Part shown: positions 53,935 to 64,000 of the stretch, piece after piece
Numbering within the stretch: the first letter of the stretch is position 1
How the letters are laid out: each line of letters starts with the position of its first letter
NCBI GenBank assembly: GCA_963848295.1
Contig: CAWKDB010000010.1
Span: forward strand, 832,001 to 896,000
Direction: 5' to 3'
DNA length: 64,000 nt
From: an uncultured delta proteobacterium
GTDB taxonomy: Bacteria; Myxococcota_A; Polyangia; Haliangiales; Haliangiaceae
Translations under genes and position numbers: made by a program
Notes under the pieces: model-generated
Database searches by the model: none
What the model was told of the DNA's origin: nothing
What the model saw: only the letters and a program-made list of their open reading frames with translations

Positions 53935-54695
53935 TAATACGAGCGAGGCGGCGGTTGCTGCTGCGGCGCCTGTTGCTGCGGCTGTTGCTGCGGCGGCGGG
54001 TAATACGGCTGCTGCTGGGGCGGCGGGTAGTACGGCTGCTGCTGCGGTTGCGGTTGCTGCGGGTTGCCCTGCTGCGGATACGGTTGCTGCTGCGGATACG
54101 GCTGGCCGGGATACGGCTGCTGCTGCGGATAGCCTTGCGCCGGCTGCGGATAGCCCTGCTGCGGTTGCGCCGGCTGCGGATACGCGCCGTAGGTCTGCGG
54201 AGCCGGGGCCTGGTTCTGATCCGAGCCTTGACGCCAGCCGTTCCACTCACCGACGCGATCGTGGCGCTCGCTCCACCACCGGCCCGTGTACTGATGACCG
54301 TTGGTGCTGAACAGCAAGAAGCCTTCGCCGACGAGCGGCGGGTTCGCGGGCTCCTGCCACTTGAAGTCCATGACGTTGCCGCGCAGGCTGCCCGAGAAGT
54401 AGCCGATCACGTCTTGGCCTTGGCGCTGATAGACCCACACACCCTGCACCGCGCCGGCCTGCACACCGCCGCGGTTGTTGTCGGCCTCGATCTTCACGGC
54501 GCCGAACGTCGAGCGCCACAAGCCGAGCGCGAGGCTCGGATCCATTGGCTGCGGTGGCGGCGGGCTGTTCTCGGCGTATTGACCGCTGCCCGAGGTCGCC
54601 GGCGCGGGCGAGTTCGAGGACGACGATGCCGATCCCAGTGCTGCCGCGCAGGCGCCGAGAACGGTGATCACGCGAAGGAAATTCGGCAGGCGCAT
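53931..54695 (-). CDS. Secreted/lipoprotein with small beta domain and Gln/Pro/Tyr-rich tail
   Basis: Signal-like N-terminus (VLGAC), GLWRSTFG..GRWW core, QPYPQQ repeats. Confidence 0.7.
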
Positions 54696-54731
54696 CGTCC
54701 AGAAGTATAGCGGCGATAACGGCGAGGGGAG

Positions 54732-54759
54732 TTGTCGTTTTTCATTAACCTGATAGTGT
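54732..54759 (+). promoter_or_regulatory. Sigma70-like promoter for the tRNA
   Basis: TTGTCG-16 nt AT-rich spacer-TAGTGT about 50 nt upstream of the tRNA. Confidence 0.5.
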
Positions 54760-54809
54760 CCCCCTCGCGTTTCGTGCGGTGTTCCACAGCGAGTGGCATC
54801 CCACGAAGC

Positions 54810-54883
54810 GGGCCCATAGCTCAGTCGGTTAGAGCGGCCGGCTCATAACCGGTGGGTCCCTGGTTCGAGCCCAGGTGGGCCCA
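54810..54883 (+). tRNA. tRNA with CAT anticodon, most likely tRNA-Ile2 (lysidine); CCA end not encoded
   Basis: GGGCCCA/TGGGCCC acceptor stem, GCTC/GAGC D-arm, GCCGG-CTCATAA-CCGGT anticodon arm, GTTCGAG T-loop; paired 1-72 excludes the initiator. Confidence 0.92.
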
Positions 54884-54926
54884 CCTGAAAAGTAGCGGAA
54901 GCGAAGTAACGAAAGGTTGTTTAGCC

Positions 54927-55670
54927 GTGCGCGATCAGCTCCTTCACTTGCTGGCCCTCCAGACCGCCGACGTCAAAGTGCGCGAGCTCGACACTGCCGC
55001 CACGCAACTTCCCGCGAAGCTCGATCCGATGCGGCGCGATCTGGCAAAGCTGTCCGGGATGCTCGATATCGAGCGCGCGAAGCTCGCCGAGACCGAAGCG
55101 TGGCGAAAAGCCCAGCAAGAGCTGATCGACCGCGAGCGCGACGCCTTGAAGGCCGCGCAGGCCAAGCTGCAGCAGTCCAAGAACAGCAAAGAGTTCGGTG
55201 CGGCGAGCCGCGAGGTCGAGAACAAGCGCAAGTCGATCGCGGATCGCGAGGCCGAGCTCAAGAAGGTGATCGAAGCGACCGTCGCGTCGACCGCCCAGCT
55301 CGAAGGGCGCGACAAAGACGTCCAGGCGCTGCGCGATCAGCTGACCGCGAGCGAAGCCGCGATGGCCGACCAGGTCAAGGCCCTCGGCGATCAGCTCGGC
55401 GAAGCGCGCGCCGCCCGGGATAGCGCGCGCCAGCACGTCGAGAAGACCTGGCTCAAGACCTACGACGCGTTGTCGGCGAAGCGCGGCTACGCGGTGGCGC
55501 CGGTCATCAAAGGCGTGTGCCAGGGCTGCCACATGGCGTTGCCGCCGCAGCTCAACAACATCCTCGCGCGGATGGAGTCGATCGAGACCTGCCCGCGCTG
55601 CCAGCGCCTGGTCTATCGCACGGACATGCTCGATCCGAAGCCCGACGACGCGCCGAAGCCCGAATCTTAG
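54927..55670 (+). CDS. Coiled-coil protein with C4 zinc ribbon (CT398/HP0958/DUF164 family)
   Basis: Long coiled coil followed by CQGCHMALPPQ..CPRCQRLVY. Confidence 0.92.
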   Translation: MRDQLLHLLALQTADVKVRELDTAATQLPAKLDPMRRDLAKLSGMLDIERAKLAETEAWRKAQQELIDRERDALKAAQAKLQQSKNSKEFGAASREVENKRKSIADREAELKKVIEATVASTAQLEGRDKDVQALRDQLTASEAAMADQVKALGDQLGEARAARDSARQHVEKTWLKTYDALSAKRGYAVAPVIKGVCQGCHMALPPQLNNILARMESIETCPRCQRLVYRTDMLDPKPDDAPKPES

Positions 55671-57076
55671 TTGCTACACGCCGGCAGCTGCGTCGTCTCC
55701 GGACACGCGGGCGCTGCCTGGCCATCGAGCATCGCTTCGGCCCAGATCTCCCCGGTCGCGTGCTGATCCATGATCGTCGTGTGATCGCTGTTCGCGAACA
55801 CGCAGGCGCTGACGTTGACGCCCGCCGAGGCGAGCTTGTCGTGGACGCACGATGCGTTCTGCGCCGCCGGCATGATCAGATCGTCGGAGCCTTGGACGAG
55901 CAACACCGGCCCCGCGGTCGGATCCGGCGTCAGCGGCGCGTTGACGAGCGCGTTGTAGTACGCCGCCGCGTTGCCTTCGCAACCGGCATCCGGCCCCTGC
56001 GCCGCGACGCACGCGAGCACGCCGGTGCGCAGCGTGTTGTCGATCAGGTCGCCGGTGTGCAGCATCTCGAGCTGGACGTACGCGCCGAACGCGACGAGGC
56101 AGTTGCCGTTGACGGCGCCGTCGATCGTCGCTTGGAATTGCGCCGGCACCGCGTCCTTGCCGTGGCCGATGCCGACGTGGTTCTCGAACCACGCGTACTC
56201 GCGCAGCACGGCGACCGAGCTGTACGACAAGCCGGTCGCGATCGTCAGCTGGGTCGGATCGTCGAGGATGCCGAGGTAGTCGAACGTCGCCATCGAGATC
56301 GGCCACTCCGGCGCGTACGGCACGGTCGCGACGATCGTCCCGACGCCCGGCCCATCGCTGTTTGCGAGCGCTTGCGCCGACAACACCGCGCCGCCGCCCT
56401 GCGAGTAGCCCGAGAGGATCACCTGGTCGGCCGTGATGCCTGGCGCCAGCAGCGCACGCAGCGCGCGCGCCGCGTCGAGCAGTTGATAGCCTTGCGCCTG
56501 GCTGTCGAGGTAGTCCTGCGTGCCGGCGTTGCCGAGGCCGGCGTCATCCGGTGCGATCGCGGCCATGCCGCGAGCCGCGAACGGCATCGGCAGCGAGTTG
56601 TCGGCCGCCGTCGATGGCGCACACATATCGGCGAGCCCGACGCTGCCATGAGCGGCAACCGCGAGCGGCACCGGGCGCGATCGCGGCGTGTGTGGCAAGT
56701 AGACACGCGCGGTCGACACCGCGGGTTGGCCGTTCGAATCGCGCGTCTGATACGCGACGAGGAACTGCGCGACCGACGTCGTCGCGGTGACGCCGGAGCC
56801 GATCGCCGACTGCACCGAGGCCTGATCGAGCACCACATCGGGCATGCACGCGAGGATCGCGCCGAGCGGCTTACCGGCGATCGCGGTGGCGGCGTAGATG
56901 TCTTGCATCGTGTTGGTGCACGGCACGACGACCTGATCGGTCGGCGCGTCGAGGTTCGCATCGATCGCCGCGTCGATCGGCCCCGGGCTATCGCTGCCTT
57001 TCGGCGCGTCCGCGCCCTCGCCGGTCGTATGAGAACCGCAGGCTGCGAGCGCGATTACGGCGAGCCAACTACGCAT
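55667..57076 (-). CDS. Secreted alpha/beta hydrolase lipoprotein (secretory lipase-like)
   Basis: LAAC lipobox; AHGSVGLADMCAPS, GYSQGG nucleophile elbow, QGSDDL (Asp), SDH (His). Confidence 0.88.
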   Translation of the reverse strand: MRSWLAVIALAACGSHTTGEGADAPKGSDSPGPIDAAIDANLDAPTDQVVVPCTNTMQDIYAATAIAGKPLGAILACMPDVVLDQASVQSAIGSGVTATTSVAQFLVAYQTRDSNGQPAVSTARVYLPHTPRSRPVPLAVAAHGSVGLADMCAPSTAADNSLPMPFAARGMAAIAPDDAGLGNAGTQDYLDSQAQGYQLLDAARALRALLAPGITADQVILSGYSQGGGAVLSAQALANSDGPGVGTIVATVPYAPEWPISMATFDYLGILDDPTQLTIATGLSYSSVAVLREYAWFENHVGIGHGKDAVPAQFQATIDGAVNGNCLVAFGAYVQLEMLHTGDLIDNTLRTGVLACVAAQGPDAGCEGNAAAYYNALVNAPLTPDPTAGPVLLVQGSDDLIMPAAQNASCVHDKLASAGVNVSACVFANSDHTTIMDQHATGEIWAEAMLDGQAAPACPETTQLPACSN

Positions 57077-57147
57077 GCACCTTGGTACCGAGCCAGCCTC
57101 ACCGACGCAACGACGACTGTCTCGGTCACACAGACGTAACTTCTCGG

Positions 57148-58529
57148 TCAGCCCGAGATGGGCGGGGCTTGCCCTCGGCCGTCGGCACCCGCCAATGACG
57201 GCGCGGTCGGATCGAGGCGCTCGGCGAGCGCGAACAGCCGATCGCGCCGCGTGTCGATGATGTGCGCGGCCGCACGCGCGACCGCGGCGACGGGTTTCGC
57301 CGGCTGACTCGCGATGAAGCTCGACGGCATCGGACGCACCCGCCCACCAGCGCTTCGCGTGATCGACGCCCTGCATCACCGCCGCGCTGCCCACCGCGCT
57401 GTGCAAGAACGCGCCGACCGGCGACGGCTTGGTATCGAAGCTCGACTCCGACGCGCGGCCCTCCGCGAGCAAGCGATGCAACGGCGGATCGAAGTCAGCG
57501 CGCGAGCCGAGCTGCGGCAGGAACTGCTCGATCCGCTTCATGTCGCCCGCGGTCGCTTTCGCGCCGCCCATGAAGTAGTCGAGCGGCACGTCGCCACCGG
57601 TCAGCTCGGCGAGCGCCTCGACCAAGGCGATCGAGTACAGCTTCGCGCGCAGGTAGCGCACCGCGAGATCGACGTTGCCGGTCGCGCGTGCGACGCGACG
57701 CGCGTGAATCTCGGGCCGGGGCTCGTCGCCCCACGTATGAAACACGCGCTCGGCCGAGAGCGTCGCGAGGAAGCCCTCCATCTTCTGCAGCGCGAGCCGA
57801 TAGTCGCGCACGGTGTAGACCATCGGCGAGTGCAGCGCCGGGTTGCTCTCCGGCAACAGCTTCCACGTCGTGTCGAGAAAGCTCGCAGGATCGTTGTCGG
57901 CGAAGTTGCCGACGTCGCGGTTGCCGAGGCGGACGGCGCGGCGCACGATCTCGTCGACCTGCGCTGCCGGGACCGAGCGACGCGATGCGATCGTGCAGCA
58001 CCGGCACCGGATCGGCGCGAAACGGGATCGTCTGCTCGATGCACGCCGCGATCGCGATGCGCTGGGTGCGATCGAGCGCATCGGCGAGTTGGATCGACGC
58101 GACCAGCGCCGAGGCGAACTCGTTGAGCCCGGCCGTCGCGGTCACGATATCGCCGACCTTGCGGCCGAACACGGTCAGCACGTCCGCGGCTGGTGAGCTG
58201 TCACCGGCGGCCGGCAACACGCGCCAGCCTTGGCCCTCGGCGACGATCACGCGGTCGAGCTCGGCGCGCATCGACTGCGGCGGCCCCTCATCGACTTGGA
58301 TGTACACCGCGTCGTGGTACAGCGCCGCGATCACCTCGAGCGGATCGCCGTCGCGCGACAGCTCGATCACGTGGGCGTGGTTGTGGAACTCACGGCCGGG
58401 CGCCGACAGCGCCGCATGGATCGAGAAGCCCCACTGCTCGATCTCGTCAGTCGTGGCCTCGGAGCCGAGCTCGCTCAACGCGCGCCACAGCGTGGTCACT
58501 AGATCGTGGACCGGTGACCGGTGGGTCAT
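57148..58529 (-). CDS. HD-like predicted metal-dependent phosphohydrolase (two frameshifts)
   Basis: REFHNHAH...ALYHDAVY, NRDV; coding frame switches near 57968 and 57315. Confidence 0.65.
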
Positions 58530-58658
58530 GGCGTGTTTTCGACGGTATCACGCAGGCAACGCCGTGAGACAATGGGTCATGCGCGCGATCGCGTGGTTCA
58601 CGTTCGAGGCGCGTGCACGATGCGTGACTTGTTCTCGATCGGCGATGGCTAACAAAAG

Positions 58659-59018
<360 letters not shown>

Positions 59019-59036
59019 GCGCTCAACCTAGCACGG

Positions 59037-59798
59037 TCAGGTCGCGGCGGGCAGCTGGTTGTAGACGCCGCGCCGCAAGTTGCGCCGGATCGTCAGCGCC
59101 TCGCGCACGACCTTCCACATGTCCGTGAGCGGATTGACCCGCGACCGGCGATCGTCGGTCCACTCGACGCCGACCTCGGTGATCGCGAACCCGCGACGGC
59201 GCGCGAGTGCCAGGATCTCGAGATCGAACGCCCAGCCGTCGATCCGGCCGAGCCGGAACAAGTCGCGCGCGGCCTCCGCGGTGAACGCCTTGAATCCGCA
59301 CTGGGTGTCGCGCACGCCCGGCACGAGCGAGCGCTGGATCACGCGATTTGCGAGCCGGCTCCACAGCACGCGGTACAGCGGCTGCTTGATGTCGGTCTTC
59401 GCGCCGGGTGCGTAGCGCGAGCCGATCGCGATCTCGGCTGTGCATTCGATGATCGGCGCGAGCAAGCGCGGCAGCATCTCCGGTGACATCGAGCCATCGG
59501 CGTCGCTCATCACGCGGATCTGGCCGCGCGCCGCCAGCATGCCGAGCCGGACCGCCGCGCCCTTGCCGCGATTCGGCGACTGGCGAACGAGCCGCAGGCC
59601 GGGGATCTCGCCCATCTTCGCGCACACGACGTCGATCGTGTGGTCGCTCGAGCCATCGTCGACCACGACGATCTCGTAGCGCAACCGCTGCGCCGAGAGG
59701 AACGCGTGGAGCGATGCGAGCGTCGGAACGATCCGGTGCTCCTCGTTGTACGCGGGCACGACGATCGAGAGGTCGACGAACGGCAGCAATGACGACAT
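59037..59798 (-). CDS. GT2 polyprenyl-phosphate glycosyltransferase (dolichyl-P glucosyltransferase-like)
   Basis: SIVVPAYNE, VVDDGSSD, NRGKG, DAD, DTQCGFK, FDLEIL; AAGGAGA RBS. Confidence 0.93.
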   Translation of the reverse strand: MSSLLPFVDLSIVVPAYNEEHRIVPTLASLHAFLSAQRLRYEIVVVDDGSSDHTIDVVCAKMGEIPGLRLVRQSPNRGKGAAVRLGMLAARGQIRVMSDADGSMSPEMLPRLLAPIIECTAEIAIGSRYAPGAKTDIKQPLYRVLWSRLANRVIQRSLVPGVRDTQCGFKAFTAEAARDLFRLGRIDGWAFDLEILALARRRGFAITEVGVEWTDDRRSRVNPLTDMWKVVREALTIRRNLRRGVYNQLPAAT

Positions 59799-59809
59799 GA
59801 GGTTCTCCT

Positions 59810-60214
59810 TCACGACGGCGACGGCACGACGCGGCGCGCGGCTCTAAACACGAGCCGGCGCTGCGCCGGATAGGTCCACACGAGGAACACCGCGGCGGAG
59901 CACAGCAGCTTGCCGAGCACGTACGGCACGTGGAGATCGACCGCGACGAGCTGCATGAGCACCGCCATCAACAAGGCGGTCATGCCGGCGACCGCGCCGA
60001 ACCGAGCGAGCTGGCGCCACGTGACCTTTGCAGGGTCACGAAACGCGACGTACTTGTTCAGCGTGAAGCACACGACGGCGCCGGCCGCGCTCGCGACGAA
60101 CGCGGCGAGCGGGATCGGCGTGCCGTGCCGGACTTGCAGCACGAGCGCCGAGACGTCGACCGCGGTGGCGACGGCGCCGCCGAGGCCTGCCGTGGCGATC
60201 TCGCGTAGCTCCAT
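59810..60214 (-). CDS. GtrA family flippase-like protein
   Basis: Four TM helices, GAVATAVD, FTLNKYVAF, ARF, QRRLVF. Confidence 0.88.
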   Translation of the reverse strand: MELREIATAGLGGAVATAVDVSALVLQVRHGTPIPLAAFVASAAGAVVCFTLNKYVAFRDPAKVTWRQLARFGAVAGMTALLMAVLMQLVAVDLHVPYVLGKLLCSAAVFLVWTYPAQRRLVFRAARRVVPSPS

Positions 60215-60227
60215 GCCCCGAGTAAAA

Positions 60228-60243
60228 AGCAGGCGATGTGCCA
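60228..60243 (-). promoter_or_regulatory. Sigma54 (-24/-12) promoter for gtrA-GT2
   Basis: TGGCAC-ATCGC-CTGCT on the minus strand, exact GG-N10-GC, 13 nt above the ATG at 60214. Confidence 0.7.
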
Positions 60244-60364
60244 TCGCGCGCAACGCGGCAAGCTCGTGATTGCCACCGGCACGAGTTGGCAAGCCCGCGA
60301 TTGCCCGACGGTGAAGTCCTGACAGGTGGTGAGTGCGTCGGGCGCCGCTGAGGCACCTACATGC

Positions 60365-60652
60365 TTACTGGACGTCGATGACGATCTCGTTCGAGTGCGC
60401 GCCGTCGACCTCGTACGACACGCGATGCCTACCGCGCGTCACCAACAGCTTCGTCAGATCCTCCTGGTCGGTGATGACCTGATTCGGGAAGAACGAGTCG
60501 TTGCCCTCGATCGCGGTCACCGCGTGAGGGTGCGCCACGCCGTCGATCACGAGCGTGCCGAGCACGCGGCGGACCGTCGCACATGCCGGTTGCGCGATGG
60601 CTGCGCCGGCGAACGCGATCACGACCATGCCAACGACCAGGGCGCAGCGCAC
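60365..60652 (-). CDS. Small secreted hypothetical protein
   Basis: Signal peptide ending AIA; short beta-rich mature part. Confidence 0.55.
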   Translation of the reverse strand: MRCALVVGMVVIAFAGAAIAQPACATVRRVLGTLVIDGVAHPHAVTAIEGNDSFFPNQVITDQEDLTKLLVTRGRHRVSYEVDGAHSNEIVIDVQ

Positions 60653-60697
60653 GCTGCTGACGATGTCAGACCGCCACAGGCCGTGCCAGGCGATTCG

Positions 60698-62122
60698 CTA
60701 CGGCCCGTGCACGCCGGCGTCGCTCGGCTCGTCACCGGCGGCCGAATCGTCGTCGGGCGGCGGCGCATCGTCCGGTGCGACGTCGGGATCGGGCGTGCAT
60801 TTCGGCACGCGGCGCGGCGCGATCAGATCGGTCGCGCCGGCGACCGCGAGCGCGAGCGCACCTTGCAGATCGCGCAACGTCACGCCGGCGTCGCCCGCGA
60901 TCGCGAGCCTGCGATCGGACAGCCACTCGAGCGCGACCCCGTGCTTCGCGCGTTCGAGCTCGGTCGTCGTACCGGTCGCCGCGTCGGCGACGAACACGCC
61001 CGCATTGCCCACGCCCTTCACGCAATGATCGTCGAGCTGGACGACGAACGCGATGTGCGTGCGATCGGGCGACCATGCGAGCGTGGCGCCGTCGATCAGG
61101 CCCGGGCTCGGCACCGAAACCGCACGCTTCGCGGCGCCCACGCGAATCGCGCTCGCGAGCCCGAGCGCATCCCAATCGGCGATGACGTCGGGCACGGCGC
61201 CCGGGCGCTGGCGGATCCGCGCGGTATGACCGCGCACCTCGAGCGTCGCGCCGCTGATCGGCAGCGCTGTCTTCACCGGGGTCGGCACAAGCGTACCGTC
61301 GCGATCGATCGCCCAATATCCGCCCGCGCGCAGCACGAACCCCGGCGGCTGGGTCATCCACGCGAGCTCGATCGACGCACCCGCGCCGACCGGCGTGGGA
61401 GCCACGGTATGGCCGGTCGCCAGATCGACGATGCCGACGCCGAACTGCGCGGTCGCGCTGCGTCTCGAACGCGCGCGAGTCACGTACGCGATCCGCGGCT
61501 CGCTCGGTGAGCGAAATGCGGCGACCACCGCGCCGAAGGTTCGAGTCAGGCGCAGCCAGCGCGAGCTGTCGGGATCGAACGCGTAGAGGTCGCCGCCCGC
61601 GACGACGATCAGCGCACGACCGAGGGAGGCAACGAAGGCGGCGCGATCGTGCGCGATCAACCGTTGCCACGCACCGCCGGTGTCGGTCGCGAGCCACGCT
61701 TGCAACGCCGGTTGAGCCAGGGATGCGTCACCCCACTTGCCGAAATCGCCTTCGACCGCGGTGGTCAGCGGCGCGAGCAGGTCGTCGCCGCCACCGGTCT
61801 TCTCGAGCGCGACCGCGAGCAGGTACGCCGCTTCGAGGTGCTGCGGATCGGCCGCGAGCGCTTGCCGGCACGCGATCACCACGGCTGGCCAGTTGCCTGC
61901 GGCTTCCGCGGTGCGTGCGGCGCGAAACGCCGGCTGGCCCGCTCGCTTGCGCCAACCGAAGCCGCCGAGGGTCGCGACGCCGAGCGCCCCCGCGGTCAGG
62001 TCTCGCGGAGCCGCGGTGGTCATGGCGACCCCGCTATCGCGGGGTTGCGAGGCGGTCTGCTGCGAGCCCCCACCGTGCCCGCACGCGACGAGCAGTAGTG
62101 CGAGCAGCCCACCGCGCGGCAT
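60698..62122 (-). CDS. Lipoprotein with TPR and TolB-like beta-propeller segments
   Basis: LVAC lipobox; ALAADPQHLEAAYLLA TPR; LAWSPDRTHIAF PD40-like repeat. Confidence 0.7.
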   Translation of the reverse strand: MPRGGLLALLLVACGHGGGSQQTASQPRDSGVAMTTAAPRDLTAGALGVATLGGFGWRKRAGQPAFRAARTAEAAGNWPAVVIACRQALAADPQHLEAAYLLAVALEKTGGGDDLLAPLTTAVEGDFGKWGDASLAQPALQAWLATDTGGAWQRLIAHDRAAFVASLGRALIVVAGGDLYAFDPDSSRWLRLTRTFGAVVAAFRSPSEPRIAYVTRARSRRSATAQFGVGIVDLATGHTVAPTPVGAGASIELAWMTQPPGFVLRAGGYWAIDRDGTLVPTPVKTALPISGATLEVRGHTARIRQRPGAVPDVIADWDALGLASAIRVGAAKRAVSVPSPGLIDGATLAWSPDRTHIAFVVQLDDHCVKGVGNAGVFVADAATGTTTELERAKHGVALEWLSDRRLAIAGDAGVTLRDLQGALALAVAGATDLIAPRRVPKCTPDPDVAPDDAPPPDDDSAAGDEPSDAGVHGP

Positions 62123-62196
62123 CCCTTCGGGTACCACAGCGACCGGAGAATCGCGAGGTTGCTGCACTCCCGCCAACCTGATATAGACCGCCGCCC

Positions 62197-62861
62197 GTGT
62201 CGATTTGTCGACTACCTACGCACCGCCTGCGGCGGCGCTACGCGTCGGGCGCTCGCCCGACTTGTCCGCTTGTAATGGCGCTGCTGGCGAGCTGCCAGGG
62301 TGGCCAGGCTGACCGCGCGCCGGCTTCCGCCGGCGGCGACGGCTACTCGATCGTCGTCTACGGAGCCGATGGCGAGGTCCAAGCGCGCCTGCGCCCCGGC
62401 CATCCGTGCCGCGCCGAGGTCGACGGCTTCGACGTGATCGCGGGTGGCCCTCCGTTCGTCGCCCAGCTCGGAGACGCGCGGTGGAGCGGCGCGACCGGCA
62501 GCGACGGAACGACGTTGTCCCGCGATGGCGCGCACCAGCTGCGCGTGTTTCCAGACCGCGACCGCGCCGCGCTCGGGGTGTTCGATCCGACCGGCGCCGC
62601 GATCGTCCGGTTCGACGCGACCGGCGATGGCGCGCGGGTGCGCGATGCCGGTGGCGCCCCGCTGCGCACGCTGACCAAGCGCGGTGATGCGATCGCGATC
62701 ACCGGTGGACCATCGGTGACCGGCACCGGCGACCTCATGCTCGCGGCGCTGCTGACGTCGCCCGAGCTGACGGCGGAGTCGCGCGCGTTGCTCGCGTGCG
62801 ATCGGTTGCTGGCGGGCGGCGACGCGGAAGCCACGAACGCGCGAACGGATCGAGACCGAAA

Positions 62862-62865
<4 letters not shown>
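62197..62865 (+). CDS. Hypothetical lipoprotein
   Basis: LLASC lipobox; ATGA overlap with typA; start uncertain. Confidence 0.6.

Positions 62866-64000
<1,135 letters not shown>

Noticed and set aside
53935..54200. CTG/CAG-rich repeats as a non-coding repeat element
   Set aside because: Explained by the Gln/Pro/Tyr-rich tail of the minus-strand CDS.
54810..54883. tRNA as initiator Met or as an integration site for a genomic island
   Set aside because: Paired G1-C72 and no run of three G-C pairs in the anticodon stem exclude fMet; no duplicated tRNA 3' end or integrase was found in the window.
54852..54926. Upstream extension of the zinc-ribbon ORF
   Set aside because: It overlaps the tRNA; the GTG at 54927, preceded by AAAGG, is the more plausible start.

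Overview
Core-chromosome window from a very GC-rich bacterium (roughly 70% by eye). It is almost certainly a myxobacterium (Myxococcota, probably Kofleriaceae/Haliangiales-like), inferred from the Hanks kinases, FHA protein, Oar-type TonB receptor, MshEN protein and Cys-rich lipoproteins. Housekeeping genes: uvrD/pcrA, birA, nadC, class I aldolase, dnaG-rpoD, gap-pgk-tpiA-secG-dapF, a CAU tRNA (probably Ile2), rnpB and a partial typA. No integrase, transposase, prophage or CRISPR-Cas was found. The most unusual items are: (1) two tandem 83-bp hairpin repeats inside an operon, each encoding a 28-codon mini-ORF chained by ATGA/GTGA overlaps so that translational coupling could be relayed from moxR to the next gene (MIRU-like); (2) a GAF-like/GGDEF (intact I-site)/Ser-Thr kinase/V4R-like multidomain gene between pgk and tpiA; (3) an MsrQ fused to an FAD/NAD(P)H reductase and a 2Fe-2S ferredoxin, downstream of a DUF58-transglutaminase-MoxR-TPR-MORN-msrP run; (4) a TPR-TonB-ExbB-3xExbD-lipoprotein-Oar-like receptor cluster. 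Clustered single-base indels, including in gap and pgk, most likely reflect long-read consensus errors. All calls come from motif reading only; no database searches were run.
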